This document shows positions 9,523-19,849 of a stretch of 64,000 bases of DNA, piece by piece. Source of the stretch: Nitrospirota bacterium (GTDB lineage: Bacteria > Nitrospirota > Thermodesulfovibrionia > Thermodesulfovibrionales > Dissulfurispiraceae). The DNA is taken from the NCBI GenBank assembly GCA_037440605.1, contig JBBITU010000001.1, positions 9,016 through 73,015 of the forward strand, in the 5' to 3' direction. A program made the translations under genes and the position numbers. Position 1 is the first letter of the stretch, and each line of letters begins with the position of its first letter. The notes beneath the pieces were generated by a model that was not told the origin of the DNA, made no database searches, and saw only the letters and a program-made list of their open reading frames with translations.

Positions 9523-10765
9523 TAACCGAAGAATTGTCATAACAGGTCTGGGCATTGTTTGCCCTATTGGTATCGGGATAGAAGACTCATGGCAGGCTGC
9601 TGTTGAGGCTAAATCAGGAGTATGCCATATTACTCAGTTTGATGCTTCCTTATTGCCCACTAAGATAGCAGGTGAAGTGAAGGGATTTGATCCTGCATCA
9701 TTCATTGAATCTAAAGAAATTAAGAAAATGGACAGGTTCATCCAATTTTCAATAGCCGCTTCAGATATGGCAATGAAAGACTCTGGGCTCAAGATAACCA
9801 GTGAAAATGCTGAAAGGGTCGGGGTTATTATTGGGTCCGGGATGGGAGGGTTGCCTGCCATTGAACATTATCATCAGATATACCTTGAAAAAGGACACAA
9901 GAGGATATCTCCCTTTTTTATTCCAATGCTTATTATCAATCTTGCATCAGGAAATGTCTCAATCAGAATCGGCGCTAAAGGGCCTAATTCTTCAGTCGTT
10001 ACCGCATGCGCCTCGGGCAATCACGCCATTGGGGATGCCTATGAGATTATCAAAAGAGGAGATGCTGACGCTATGATTGCAGGAGGCGCTGAATCCTGCA
10101 TAACTCATCTTGGTATTGTAGGCTTCTGTGCAATGAAAGCTCTGTCTGTTTGCAATGATGAACCAGAGAAGGCAAGCAAACCATTTGATATTAAACGAGA
10201 CGGCTTTGTGATGGGCGAGGGAGCTGGAGTCTTAATGCTTGAGAGCCTTGAAAATGCGCTTTCGAGAAATGCGAGAATATATGCCGAAATTGTAGGCTAC
10301 GGCATGTCCGGCGATGCCTATCACATAACTGCTCCTGCCCCTAAGGGGGAAGGAGCCGCAAGATGCATGAAGATGGCTCTTAGAAAAGCTGGAATTGCAA
10401 CTGAAAAAATTGACTACATAAACGCTCATGGCACTTCAACAAAATATGGCGATGAGCTCGAAACAGATGCCGTAAAAACTGTTTTTGGAGAACATGCGTA
10501 CAAGCTGCGCATGAGTTCAACAAAATCAATGATAGGTCATTTGCTCGGCGCTGCGGGCGGAGTTGAGGCTGTTTTTTCTGTGCTCAGCATCTATAACAGC
10601 ATCGTATTGCCCACGATTAACCTTGAGAACCCAGATCCTGAATGTGATCTAGATTATGTGCCTAATGAATCCCGTCCTATGGAAATAGAATATGCAATGT
10701 CGAATTCCTTCGGCTTTGGTGGAACGAATGCCTGTCTCATTTTCAGAAAATACAGAGAAACTTGA
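9515..10765 (+). CDS. fabF: 3-oxoacyl-[ACP] synthase II
   Basis: 416 aa. Active-site ACASG, HGTST and GHLLGAAG motifs typical of KAS II. Confidence 0.92.
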   Translation: MDNNRRIVITGLGIVCPIGIGIEDSWQAAVEAKSGVCHITQFDASLLPTKIAGEVKGFDPASFIESKEIKKMDRFIQFSIAASDMAMKDSGLKITSENAERVGVIIGSGMGGLPAIEHYHQIYLEKGHKRISPFFIPMLIINLASGNVSIRIGAKGPNSSVVTACASGNHAIGDAYEIIKRGDADAMIAGGAESCITHLGIVGFCAMKALSVCNDEPEKASKPFDIKRDGFVMGEGAGVLMLESLENALSRNARIYAEIVGYGMSGDAYHITAPAPKGEGAARCMKMALRKAGIATEKIDYINAHGTSTKYGDELETDAVKTVFGEHAYKLRMSSTKSMIGHLLGAAGGVEAVFSVLSIYNSIVLPTINLENPDPECDLDYVPNESRPMEIEYAMSNSFGFGGTNACLIFRKYRET

Positions 10766-11426
10766 GCAATCTCTGGGGTATGCCTTCAAAGATAAGGGGC
10801 TACTCCTTGATTCTCTTACTCACAGATCATACCATCATGAAAATCCGGACAAAGACCATTACTTTAACGAGAGGCTTGAATTTTTAGGCGACTCCGTTTT
10901 GGGACTTGCTGTCTCCCATATACTTTTTCTTGATGAAGCTCGTCTGACAGAAGCAAGCATGTCAAAGATAAAATCCTCCTTAGTTAATGAATCTATACTC
11001 TTTGAGATAGCATTAAGCATATCTTTAGGCGAATATCTAAGGCTTGGCAAGGGAGAGGAATTAACCGGTGGGCGCTCCAAAAAGTCGGTTCTGTCTAACG
11101 CTATGGAGGCTTTATTCGGAGCAGTCTTTTTAGACAGTGATTACAATACAGCAAAATCATTACTTTTAAGGCTATACTCTCAAAAACTGCCCGATGTCAT
11201 TTCCAAAAAGGAAGGCTACGATTTTAAAAGCGAGCTGCAGGAAAAGATTCAAAGCATTTACGGCGTTCTGCCAGAATATAAGATTGTCAAAGAGGAAGGC
11301 GCCGAACACAAGAAGATATTCACCGTCGAAGTATATATAAAAGGAGTTCAGTATGGAATTGCCCGGGGTAAAAGCAAGAAAGAGGCTCAAATGCTCGTTG
11401 CAAAAGAAGCTTTCAACAAATTATAG
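10728..11426 (+). CDS. rnc: ribonuclease III
   Basis: RNase III signature [13 protein letters not shown] plus a C-terminal dsRBD (HKKIFTVEV...GKSKKEAQ). The start is placed at the second in-frame ATG, and its exact position is uncertain. Confidence 0.88.
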   Translation: MPVSFSENTEKLEQSLGYAFKDKGLLLDSLTHRSYHHENPDKDHYFNERLEFLGDSVLGLAVSHILFLDEARLTEASMSKIKSSLVNESILFEIALSISLGEYLRLGKGEELTGGRSKKSVLSNAMEALFGAVFLDSDYNTAKSLLLRLYSQKLPDVISKKEGYDFKSELQEKIQSIYGVLPEYKIVKEEGAEHKKIFTVEVYIKGVQYGIARGKSKKEAQMLVAKEAFNKL

Positions 11427-11428
11427 CA

Positions 11429-12640
11429 ATGGATAAAAAGGTTGCCTCTTGGTGCCTTTATGATTTTGCAAATTCAAGTTATTCTGCTGTAATAGCAGCC
11501 GTCATATTCCCTGTTTACTACACAAGTGTAATCGTCGGTAACGAGCACGGTCAGGGAGATTTGTGGTGGGGAAGGGCAATAGCCTTAAGCATGGCGGTTG
11601 TTGCAGTCTCATCTCCTTTTTTGGGCGGTATTGCTGATTTTTTCGGGATCAGAAAAAGACTGCTTTTTGTTTATACCCTGCTCTGTGCAGCCTCTGTCGC
11701 CTCCTTTAGTTTTTTGGAAAAAGATATGGTATTGGCGGGATTCCTACTCATCGTCATTGCCAACATAGGACTTGAAGGGGGCATTGTATTTTATAATTCT
11801 TTTCTGACAGATATAGCCGGGACATCCTATCGAGGCAGGATATCTGCATGGGGGTTCGGAACAGGATATGCAGGCTCTATAATCTCGCTCATAATTGCAC
11901 TTTTATTAATTAAACAAAATGCAATTACATTTGTATGGCCTATGGTGGCACTGTTTTTTTTAATCTTCTCGCTGCCTGCATTTATTTATCTGCCTGCAGA
12001 TGTAAAGACAAAAGTTAAAATCCATAATGCAGCATCCTCTGGTTTTAGGCATACCCTTCATAGGCTGAAAATAATGTTAAAAAATAAACAGCAGAGGAGG
12101 TTTTTGGCAGCTTACCTGTTGTATGAAGACGGCGTCAGCACTGTCATCGTATTTTCGAGCATATTCGCTGCCACGACATTAGGCTTCCTGCCTGATGAAC
12201 TCGTCCTTATGTATATATTGGTGCAGTTTACAGCCCTTGCCGGTTCATTCCTGCTTGCCCATCCGATTGATTCTTGGGGGGCTAAAAAAGTGCTGATGCT
12301 GTCTTTAATACTCTGGATAACAGTCTCAATCTCAGCCTTTTTTGTTCAGAGTAAAATACATTTTCTAATAATAGCCTCTTTGGCAGGCTTTGGGCTTGGG
12401 AGTCTTCAAGCCGCATCAAGGGCGCTTTATGCCCGATTCATCGTTCAGGGACAGGAATCGGAATTCTTCGGCGTATATTCACTTGTAGGTAAATCATCAG
12501 CCATTGTTGGACCTCTGATTTTTGGGTTTTTGTCATCAGAGTTTGGGAGCCAGAGACCGGCGATATTAGCAGTCTCTTTATTTTTTATTGCAGGCATGAT
12601 CATGCTCCAGACTGTAAAGCTCCAAAACACACATGTATAA
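11429..12640 (+). CDS. MFS transporter (UMF1/Atg22-like)
   Basis: 403 aa with about 12 hydrophobic segments. N-terminal WCLYDFANSSY is typical of the UMF1 family. Confidence 0.7.
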   Translation: MDKKVASWCLYDFANSSYSAVIAAVIFPVYYTSVIVGNEHGQGDLWWGRAIALSMAVVAVSSPFLGGIADFFGIRKRLLFVYTLLCAASVASFSFLEKDMVLAGFLLIVIANIGLEGGIVFYNSFLTDIAGTSYRGRISAWGFGTGYAGSIISLIIALLLIKQNAITFVWPMVALFFLIFSLPAFIYLPADVKTKVKIHNAASSGFRHTLHRLKIMLKNKQQRRFLAAYLLYEDGVSTVIVFSSIFAATTLGFLPDELVLMYILVQFTALAGSFLLAHPIDSWGAKKVLMLSLILWITVSISAFFVQSKIHFLIIASLAGFGLGSLQAASRALYARFIVQGQESEFFGVYSLVGKSSAIVGPLIFGFLSSEFGSQRPAILAVSLFFIAGMIMLQTVKLQNTHV

Positions 12641-13469
12641 AATCAACAACCGGCTGATAATCAAGCAAAATCTCGACAAGCTATACGATGAGTATAACTT
12701 CAAAGAGCGCATCGCCCATGATCCAATCGAGTTTCCTCATAGGTTTGCTAATCCAGAAGACATAGAGGCTGCCGGATTAATAGCCTCCTCATTCGCCTAT
12801 GGAAGGATTGATTTGTTTAAGTCAGTAACGGGCGCGATTTTAAACATTATGGGAGAAGCCCCATATGATTTTTTGATTAATTTTAACCCCGTCAAACATC
12901 GCAAGCTTTTCTTCGGCATCAGCTACAGATTCAGCAGCAATGATGATATAATCGCCTTCCTTTCAGTTTTACACAATGCCCTTAAAGAATACGGCAGACT
13001 TGAGAGTCTGTTTAAGCAAAATTACAGCGATAGTGATCAAAATGTTGAGAAGGCTTTGACTGGATTTGTCAATGCCCTCTTTAGAATAAATACTCAAACA
13101 GTCCGCACAGAATCAGCAGGTTTTCGGCATTTCTTTCCCTCGCCTGAAAACAGAAGCGCCTGCAAACGGATGAATCTTTTTTTGAGATGGATGATAAGGG
13201 ATAAGGATATTGATTTGGGAATATGGAAAGGTATCCCGAAAAATAAACTCATTATCCCTCTTGACACCCATATTGCAAAAATTTCAAAATGCCTTAGTCT
13301 GACCAAAAGAAAGTCAGCAGACTGGCTGATGGCTGTAGAGATAACCGAGTCATTGAAGGGTTTTGATTCGGAAGATCCACTAAAATACGACTTTGCCCTC
13401 TGCCATCATGGAGTAACTAAGCTTTGCAGTCAGATGCGATGCAAGGAATGCAGTTTAATTACTGGATAA
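12633..13469 (+). CDS. TIGR02757/DUF2400 family protein (unknown function)
   Basis: 278 aa. DPIEFPHRF...SSFAYGR pattern and C-terminal Cys cluster, recalled from this family. It overlaps the MFS gene by 8 nt. Confidence 0.5.
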   Translation: MYKINNRLIIKQNLDKLYDEYNFKERIAHDPIEFPHRFANPEDIEAAGLIASSFAYGRIDLFKSVTGAILNIMGEAPYDFLINFNPVKHRKLFFGISYRFSSNDDIIAFLSVLHNALKEYGRLESLFKQNYSDSDQNVEKALTGFVNALFRINTQTVRTESAGFRHFFPSPENRSACKRMNLFLRWMIRDKDIDLGIWKGIPKNKLIIPLDTHIAKISKCLSLTKRKSADWLMAVEITESLKGFDSEDPLKYDFALCHHGVTKLCSQMRCKECSLITG

Positions 13470-13527
13470 AAATACAACTTAAAATTATTTGGACTTTAGC
13501 TAACAAACACTATTATCATATATAGTG

Positions 13528-13741
13528 CTTAACCCAGAAAGTGCAATTAGCTTTTTGCACAGCCGGCATACAATAGTGCGATAGTTCTACAGAGCGTTAG
13601 TGCGACAGGAAAGGGCAATTCAGGATTCAAAAATAGCTATCGAGCTATCACACTGTAGCACTAATAAAGGTGTTGCAGGACAGAGGGTTTTCGGGTGCTC
13701 ATACCTGCTTTTTCGGAAGTAAAAGCATTTTTGGGGCTAAC
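13528..13741. repeat. family A MITE-like element (subfamily 1, inverted relative to 3321..3540)
   Basis: CTTAACCCAGAAAGTGCAATTAGC ... GCATTTTTGGGGCTAAC. Confidence 0.75.
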
Positions 13742-13755
13742 GGCTATTCACTGAA

Positions 13756-13823
13756 GCAATTGCAGTATTGCATATTCTAAGGTATTTCAGGACAAATGCT
13801 TTTCAGGCTGCTTCTTGGGTTAA
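13756..13823. repeat. 3-prime fragment of family A (subfamily 2)
   Basis: GCAATTGCAGTATTGCATATTCTAAGGTATTTCAGGACAAA...CTTGGGTTAA parallels 4470..4597. Confidence 0.6.
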
Positions 13824-13860
13824 ATTATTTTTTCAACTATACACTGATTAAGGAGGCTTA

Positions 13861-15159
13861 ATGATACCAAGATATACACGTCCAGAGATGGGAAAACTAT
13901 GGGAACAGCAAGGCAAATTTCAAAAATGGCTCGATGTAGAGATTGCAGTATGTGAGGCATGGGTAGAAATGGGCGAAATACCGAGTGACGCCCTGAAAGT
14001 TATTAAAGAAAAAGCCGGCTTCAATATAGCAAGAATTGATGAAATTGAGAAGACCGTCAAGCATGATGTTATAGCCTTTCTTGCTTCTGTTTGTGAATGC
14101 GTAGGTCCGGAGGCAAGATATATACACAAAGGACTTACCTCTTATGATATTGTTGACACAGCCCTATCGCTTCTACTAAAAGAATCTGCTGATATTCTGA
14201 TTGAAGACCTCAGGAGATTGATAGATGTTCTAAGAGAGCAGGCTTTTAAATACAAGAACACTCCTTGCATAGGAAGGAGTCACGGCGTCCATGCAGAGCC
14301 TATGACCTTCGGTTTAAAGTTTGCCCTCTGGCATGAAGACATTAAAAGAGGACTTCAAAGGATGCAAAGAGCTAAAGAGACAATTAGCGTTGGCAAAATA
14401 TCAGGAGTTGTGGGGACTTTCTCAAATATACCCCCTGAGCTTGAGGAAAGGGTCTGTAAAAAACTTAATCTCGTTCCTGAGTTGGTTGCCACACAGGTTA
14501 TACAAAGAGACAGACACGCAGAATATTTAACCACTCTCGCACTGATAGCGGCGAATATTGAGAAGATTTCTATTGAAATAAGACATCTCCAAAGAACTGA
14601 GGTGCTGGAAGCTGAAGAACCATTTACCATTGGTCAAAAAGGCTCATCTGCCATGCCGCATAAGAGAAATCCTGTAGGAACTGAAAATCTTTCAGGGCTT
14701 GCAAGAGTTGTCAGGGCAAATGCAATTGCTGCCATTGAAAACATAGCCCTCTGGCATGAAAGGGACATCTCTCATTCATCTGTAGAGAGGGTTATCATAC
14801 CTGACAGCGTTATAGCAGTGGATTATATGCTTAACAGACTTACAGGCTTATTGAAAGACCTTATGGTCTATCCAGAAAAAATGCTCTCGAATATTGAAAA
14901 AAGTTATGGATTATACAACTCACAAAGAGTTATGCTGGCTCTTATTGACAAAGGATTATCTCGTGAAACTGCATACGAATTGGTTCAGAAAAATGCTATG
15001 GAAAGCTGGGGCAAAGGCACAAGTTTTGTGAAGCTCCTTCTCAAGGATAAAAACATCAGGAAATATTTATCCGAAGAGGATATAAGGGATATCTTTGATT
15101 TAAAATATTACCTGAGAAACATTGAATATATATATGAAAGGACTTTCGGTGAAAGCTAA
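13861..15159 (+). CDS. purB: adenylosuccinate lyase
   Basis: 432 aa. MIPRYTRPEM start, SSAMPHKRNP signature loop of the fumarate-lyase superfamily, PurB type. Confidence 0.93.
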   Translation: MIPRYTRPEMGKLWEQQGKFQKWLDVEIAVCEAWVEMGEIPSDALKVIKEKAGFNIARIDEIEKTVKHDVIAFLASVCECVGPEARYIHKGLTSYDIVDTALSLLLKESADILIEDLRRLIDVLREQAFKYKNTPCIGRSHGVHAEPMTFGLKFALWHEDIKRGLQRMQRAKETISVGKISGVVGTFSNIPPELEERVCKKLNLVPELVATQVIQRDRHAEYLTTLALIAANIEKISIEIRHLQRTEVLEAEEPFTIGQKGSSAMPHKRNPVGTENLSGLARVVRANAIAAIENIALWHERDISHSSVERVIIPDSVIAVDYMLNRLTGLLKDLMVYPEKMLSNIEKSYGLYNSQRVMLALIDKGLSRETAYELVQKNAMESWGKGTSFVKLLLKDKNIRKYLSEEDIRDIFDLKYYLRNIEYIYERTFGES

Positions 15160-15691
15160 AATCATCCGATTATTTAATGGTAATTTAAAGGCAGCCTTTG
15201 CCCATCTCATGATTTTTATTTTCTTGCTGTCCGGCTGCGGCTATTCCATCCAAAAAAAATCTGATATCCCTTTTAGCGATATCCATATAGGCAAGATAAA
15301 TAATAATACCTTTGAGCCTAAATTGCAGGATAAATTATACAGAACGCTTGTCGGGACCTTTAGCGAATATGGTTTCAATATAAACCCGGCATCAAGATAC
15401 AGGCTTGAAGGCGACATAACAAAATTTGAGATAAAAACCCTCTCCGAAAAAGAATTAATCACGACTGAATATCAGATTCTCTTATTCTGCAATTTCAGAC
15501 TTATTGATACACAAACCGGCAGTATATCCAATATTGAAGGCGTTACAGACCCTTTTGTCAAATACTTCATCGCAAAAGGAAAGCTCGAAAATGTTCTGGC
15601 TCAGAAAGAGATTGCAACAGAATCTTCACTGCGGGATCTCTCGAAAGAACTCGTCAGATACATTATTCACAAAGCGGCGGTTAGAAAATGA
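15134..15691 (+). CDS. lptE: LptE-like outer-membrane lipoprotein
   Basis: Lipobox LLSGC. Small lipoprotein immediately upstream of, and overlapping, holA (the conserved lptE-holA arrangement). The start is uncertain (15122, 15134 or later). Confidence 0.55.
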   Translation: MKGLSVKAKIIRLFNGNLKAAFAHLMIFIFLLSGCGYSIQKKSDIPFSDIHIGKINNNTFEPKLQDKLYRTLVGTFSEYGFNINPASRYRLEGDITKFEIKTLSEKELITTEYQILLFCNFRLIDTQTGSISNIEGVTDPFVKYFIAKGKLENVLAQKEIATESSLRDLSKELVRYIIHKAAVRK

Positions 15692-16614
15692 GCCTCCGGA
15701 ATTTTTATCTGGAACTCTCAAAAGGCTTGCCCTCGCCTGTTTATCTCATATCATCGCCGGACGATTTTTTATTGTATGAAAGTCTGACACTTATAAAGGA
15801 AAAGCAGACGGCTTCAGATTCTCTTAATTTAAACGTTTATGATATTGATCCGTCAGAAGGTGGTGTTTCCATTAAGGAGATCGTAGGCGTCTTAAACACT
15901 TTCCCATTTTTCGGGCAGAAAAGAACGGTTGTTCTCAAAAACATCCAAAAAATGCCTAAAAAAGAAACAAAAAAACTTACTGACTATTTTTTAAATCCTT
16001 CCGATTTCACTCTTTTGATAATGCTTTGCGGCGGCGAATATAAAAAAATATTCGATCCCGTTGTGCTTAAAAAAGTTAAGCTAATACATATAAATATACA
16101 GGGCAATGATATACCGTCATGGATACAGGAAAAGGCTAAAAAGAAGGGCATTGAGTTGAAACCTCGGGCTGTTGAATATCTGATTAGCACAGCAGGGGAG
16201 GATCTTGCTATGCTCAATTCAGAGATAGAAAAGTTTTCGCTTCTCGGCAAGAACATTATAGATATCAACGAGATAAAAGAGATTGTTTATGATGGAGCTG
16301 AGTTTGACGCCTTTGATCTTGCAAGGGCGCTTCAAAAAAGAGATAGAAAATCAGTATTCAGAATTTACTATAGTCTTGAAAAAAATATAGATTCAGTCGC
16401 ACTGCTGGGAGCGCTTAATTGGCATTACAAAAATCAGTATGACAAAGCCGAAGAAAGGGAACAAAGGACATATCACAATATCTTCAGGTTTTTACATGAA
16501 GCAGATATTGCCATAAAAAATTCACAAAGCAATGCTATTGAAAATCTTATAATCAGGATACTTCGGCTTGACTGGAAGGTTCAGAAACAGGCTCCTTGTC
16601 CTTCAAGGCATTAA
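15688..16614 (+). CDS. holA: DNA polymerase III subunit delta
   Basis: 308 aa. N-terminal PVYLISSPDDFL pattern, and an ATGA overlap with lptE. The 3-prime end overlaps the convergent rpsT by 62 nt. Confidence 0.75.
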   Translation: MSLRNFYLELSKGLPSPVYLISSPDDFLLYESLTLIKEKQTASDSLNLNVYDIDPSEGGVSIKEIVGVLNTFPFFGQKRTVVLKNIQKMPKKETKKLTDYFLNPSDFTLLIMLCGGEYKKIFDPVVLKKVKLIHINIQGNDIPSWIQEKAKKKGIELKPRAVEYLISTAGEDLAMLNSEIEKFSLLGKNIIDINEIKEIVYDGAEFDAFDLARALQKRDRKSVFRIYYSLEKNIDSVALLGALNWHYKNQYDKAEEREQRTYHNIFRFLHEADIAIKNSQSNAIENLIIRILRLDWKVQKQAPCPSRH

Positions 16615-16879
16615 TCTTCTTTGCAATCCTTGATATCTTCCTTGAAGCTGTGTTTTTATGTATGACATTTTTTGAAGCAGCGCTGCTGATAATTTTTACA
16701 GTCTCTTTAAAGATGGCTGTAACCTCTTCTTTATTCTTATCATGCAGAGACGATGTCAGCTTACCGATTTGGGTTTTGATTTTTGTCTTTACTGACTGAT
16801 TACGCAATGCCATTTTTTCAGACTGCTTGACCCTCTTAAGGGCTGATAGATTTTTTTTGGGTTCTGTCTTTGCCGCCAA
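16553..16879 (-). CDS. rpsT: 30S ribosomal protein S20
   Basis: KRVKQSEKMALRNQSVKTKIKT... basic helical protein typical of bS20. Confidence 0.9.
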   Translation of the reverse strand: MAAKTEPKKNLSALKRVKQSEKMALRNQSVKTKIKTQIGKLTSSLHDKNKEEVTAIFKETVKIISSAASKNVIHKNTASRKISRIAKKINALKDKEPVSEPSSQAEVS

Positions 16880-16998
16880 TTTATCCCCTCCATACTGCCT
16901 GATAATATAAATTTAGTGCTTTAAGACAAGCACATAAGATAGCTAAAATGAACATAAAGTTTAACATAATTAATCAGGCAAAATCAATAAAATGAATA

Positions 16999-17187
16999 CC
17001 CCAAAAACAAAGATAGAGACTGGTCATTGCGAGCGCACCGAAGCAATCTCATAGAGATTGCCACTGGCTTGGGCCTCGCAATGACCTTTCAGGTCGGATT
17101 GCCGCGAACTGTTCCTTCACTTCAATCAGGATGTTCTCGCAATGACAACAAAGACAATATTTTAGCAGGTCTATGTCAGAATTTGGG
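16999..17187. repeat. family C element (degenerate left end)
   Basis: GTCATTGCGAGC...CTCGCAATGAC hairpins and the right terminus TCTATGTCAGAATTTGGG. It is colinear with 24192..24405 and 27323..27488. Confidence 0.65.
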
Positions 17188-17440
17188 ATGCCCCAAAAAA
17201 GAAGGTTCTTTCTCATTCCAAGCGGGTAAACTGTCATACTGAGCCTGCCGCAAGATGACAGTTATAGCATATTTGCCCCTCAATTTGAGAAAAAACCTAA
17301 AAGAATCGCTCAACTTAGATAAAACTTTTCCTGCTCCGTCAGAAATCAAAAGGCTGTTGTAAAACTCTTAAAGCAACGCAAATTGTCATGCTGCCCTGAA
17401 CTTGATTCGGGGTATTTCAGCGTCTTAATAAATCAATATA

Positions 17441-17602
17441 TAGTGTCTGTTTATAAATTACGACTATTCCCCCTCCCCCAACCCCTCCCGTCAAGGGAGG
17501 GGCTTATTTAACAACCCTCTCCCCTTGCGCCTGCCTGTGCTGCGGCAGACAGGGGAGAGGGCAAGGGTGAGGGGGATTTTATAGTTTATGGACAGACTCT
17601 AT
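17441..17602. repeat. family B element (G-rich double-hairpin core)
   Basis: TAGTGTCTGTTTATAAATTACG...CCCTCCCGTCAAGGGAGGGG...GGGGAGAGGGCAAGGGTGAGGGGG...TAGTTTATGGACAGACTCTA. Confidence 0.8.
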
Positions 17603-17685
17603 ATAATGAGACCATAAAACAAGTTCAGCACATGGTTTGGGGTGACAAAAAAAGGTGTTTTTCAACAGCCCGCCGCGCTTTTATC

Positions 17686-18807
17686 TCAGAATCTCAAAAA
17701 GGCGCCGATACCCCCTGCCTTTGATAATTTCTCATTCTCCTCTATAACTTCTATTAAAGCCCCCTGTTGAATTGATTTCTGAGCGGCAATTTCTATCATA
17801 TAATCTATCGTCTCAAATTCCCCTTTGCAGTAAGGACATTCATTTATTAACTGGGCTGCCAAAAAACCGCATGATTTACAATTTAACCCCTTTTGTTTAT
17901 AGGAAGATATAAAGACAAGTTTCATCACCCTTTGCTCCTGTATGGCGTTAAGTACATTTTCGAGTCCTAAAACTGCGGATTCGTTTTTCATCGCCTTTGC
18001 AATAAGCTCTTTGACTGTCTCTTCTTCTTTATTTTTCTCATGTGCCAAAAGAATAGGTTCAACTTTATTCATTACTTCATCACTTTTGGCAAACATTTCT
18101 ATCTTGACATTCCCTATAATCTTATCAGTAACCGTTTTGTGCAGCATAGCCCTGACCATAGAGACAGCCTCATCAGAACCGCCCAGAATCAATCGCCCTA
18201 TATATTCCCTGCTGAGAAAGGTCTCGAGTTTTTCGATTACCTCCTTAAGGTGAATGCCAACAAGTAAATTTGTGTGTCTTTCGTAATGATTCTGTGAAAG
18301 TCCAAACCAGCCCCCCTTTTTATGTTTGCCCGGTATATCGGCTGAATATACCTCACCATATTCAACTATTTCCCCAAGATGAACCACAAAAATCCGTGCT
18401 GAATCCTTCCCAACGAGCAAGACGCCATATCTCTGATAGTTGTCAAGGATATCCATCAGAGGTTTTATATAAACAGACTTATCCACTATCAGCTCATTTT
18501 TGATAGGCACGCCAAGATTATATTCCTTCCACAATGAAGCATCCTTAGAACTAAAAACTGATAACCCCTTTTTAAATGTTCTTTTGTTTGTAAGGACATG
18601 ATGTTCGATTTTATCGAGATCATCCTTTACTTTTTTGTATATAGCCTTGTCAAGAGATTCTGTGGTGCTTTTGATCATGTTTTTGAGGTGGACAATGTAG
18701 TCTCCCTTTTTGTTAAAAACAGGGTCAACATTCAGATAAAGACTTACAAAATAACCACCCTTTCCATTATAAGCAGACATCTCCTTTAATTCTGTCATAC
18801 TAAGCAT
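17686..18807 (-). CDS. eRF1/Pelota-like (bacterial baeRF1-type) protein with an inserted CxxC...CxxC zinc ribbon
   Basis: PGKHKKGGWFGLSQNHYERH aligns by eye to the aRF1 GGQ loop region (KKHGRGGQS..RFERL). AVLGLENVLNAIQEQRVMKLVF resembles eRF1 domain 3. The zinc-ribbon motif is CKSCGFLAAQLINECPYCKG. The start is taken at the ATG at 18807 behind a GGAGG RBS, overlapping the upstream gene by 8 nt. Confidence 0.6.
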   Translation of the reverse strand: MLSMTELKEMSAYNGKGGYFVSLYLNVDPVFNKKGDYIVHLKNMIKSTTESLDKAIYKKVKDDLDKIEHHVLTNKRTFKKGLSVFSSKDASLWKEYNLGVPIKNELIVDKSVYIKPLMDILDNYQRYGVLLVGKDSARIFVVHLGEIVEYGEVYSADIPGKHKKGGWFGLSQNHYERHTNLLVGIHLKEVIEKLETFLSREYIGRLILGGSDEAVSMVRAMLHKTVTDKIIGNVKIEMFAKSDEVMNKVEPILLAHEKNKEEETVKELIAKAMKNESAVLGLENVLNAIQEQRVMKLVFISSYKQKGLNCKSCGFLAAQLINECPYCKGEFETIDYMIEIAAQKSIQQGALIEVIEENEKLSKAGGIGAFLRF

Positions 18808-19849
18808 CGTTGCCTCCTTCCTCATTTCTAAAAATTTCGATAACGGATACAAAAATAGCGACGACAAGCGGTCCCATTACAAGCCCGATCAAACCAAACA
18901 ACTTTAACCCGCCAAGGACACTGAAGAATATTAAAAGGACAGGCATTTTTGTCCTGCCCCCAATTATGATTGGCTTGAGTATATTGTCAATGAGGCTTAT
19001 TATAAATGTCCCGACAAGGGCAAGAATAATTCCCTCCCAAAAATCGCCCTTGATAAAAAGATAGGCTGTCATAGGTCCCCATATCCCGAAAGCGCCTATT
19101 AGCGGAATGAAGGAGGCTATCGAGATTGCCAACCCCCATAAGGCTGGGGATGAAATCCCAAGGAAAAAGAAGGTCAGCCCGCCTATTGTTCCCTGTGCAA
19201 TGGCTACCGCAACCCCGCCGTAGATGGTAGAGACTACTACATCCCTCGTCTGGGATGTGAGCCGTTCATTTTGTTCATATGAAAAAGGCAGATAATCTCT
19301 GAGCTTCTTAAGAAAACCATCGCCGTCCTTGAGCATAAAAAAAAGCGCAATAGTCATAAACAAAAAATTGATACTGATGGACACTATATTACCAACGCCT
19401 TTGGTAAAAGTATCGATCAATTCCTTCCCAAATTTTGAGACATTTTCCACTATTGATTTATCAATTTCTCCTTCTGAAAGGTTGAACGTTGCCAGAATCT
19501 TTTGTATAATGCCCTGAATAAAAGGGGTTTCGATAGTTTTCTTAAACTGAACTATGCCGCTTTCAGCAAGATATCCGGGTAGTTCTTTTAGTTCCATCGC
19601 AATTAAAAAAGAGATATATGAAAACGGGCCGATTATAATGAGAAGAATCACAATAAGCATGAAAACGGATGCCAGAGACTTCCTTTTTATATATCTGCGT
19701 ATGAATTTAAAAACAGGATAAAAAAGAATTGCAAGCACGATTCCCCATGCTATGGGAGATAAAAAGGGCTTGAATATTTGATAGCAAAGATAACCCAATA
19801 ATGTTACTAACGCCAGAACTGAGACAAAGTGAAATCTGTTAGATTGCAT
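18800..19849 (-). CDS. AI-2E family transporter (PerM/YhhT, UPF0118)
   Basis: 349 aa, about 8 TM segments, with the conserved C-terminal pattern GGLKLFGLIGLVMGP typical of AI-2E permeases. Confidence 0.75.
   Translation of the reverse strand: MQSNRFHFVSVLALVTLLGYLCYQIFKPFLSPIAWGIVLAILFYPVFKFIRRYIKRKSLASVFMLIVILLIIIGPFSYISFLIAMELKELPGYLAESGIVQFKKTIETPFIQGIIQKILATFNLSEGEIDKSIVENVSKFGKELIDTFTKGVGNIVSISINFLFMTIALFFMLKDGDGFLKKLRDYLPFSYEQNERLTSQTRDVVVSTIYGGVAVAIAQGTIGGLTFFFLGISSPALWGLAISIASFIPLIGAFGIWGPMTAYLFIKGDFWEGIILALVGTFIISLIDNILKPIIIGGRTKMPVLLIFFSVLGGLKLFGLIGLVMGPLVVAIFVSVIEIFRNEEGGNDA

Noticed and set aside
16553-16614. The 62-nt convergent overlap of holA and rpsT as a possible antisense regulatory arrangement.
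   Set aside because: The more likely explanation is that the holA ORF simply reads on to the first chance stop in the rpsT 3-prime region. I cannot place the true C-terminus without an alignment.
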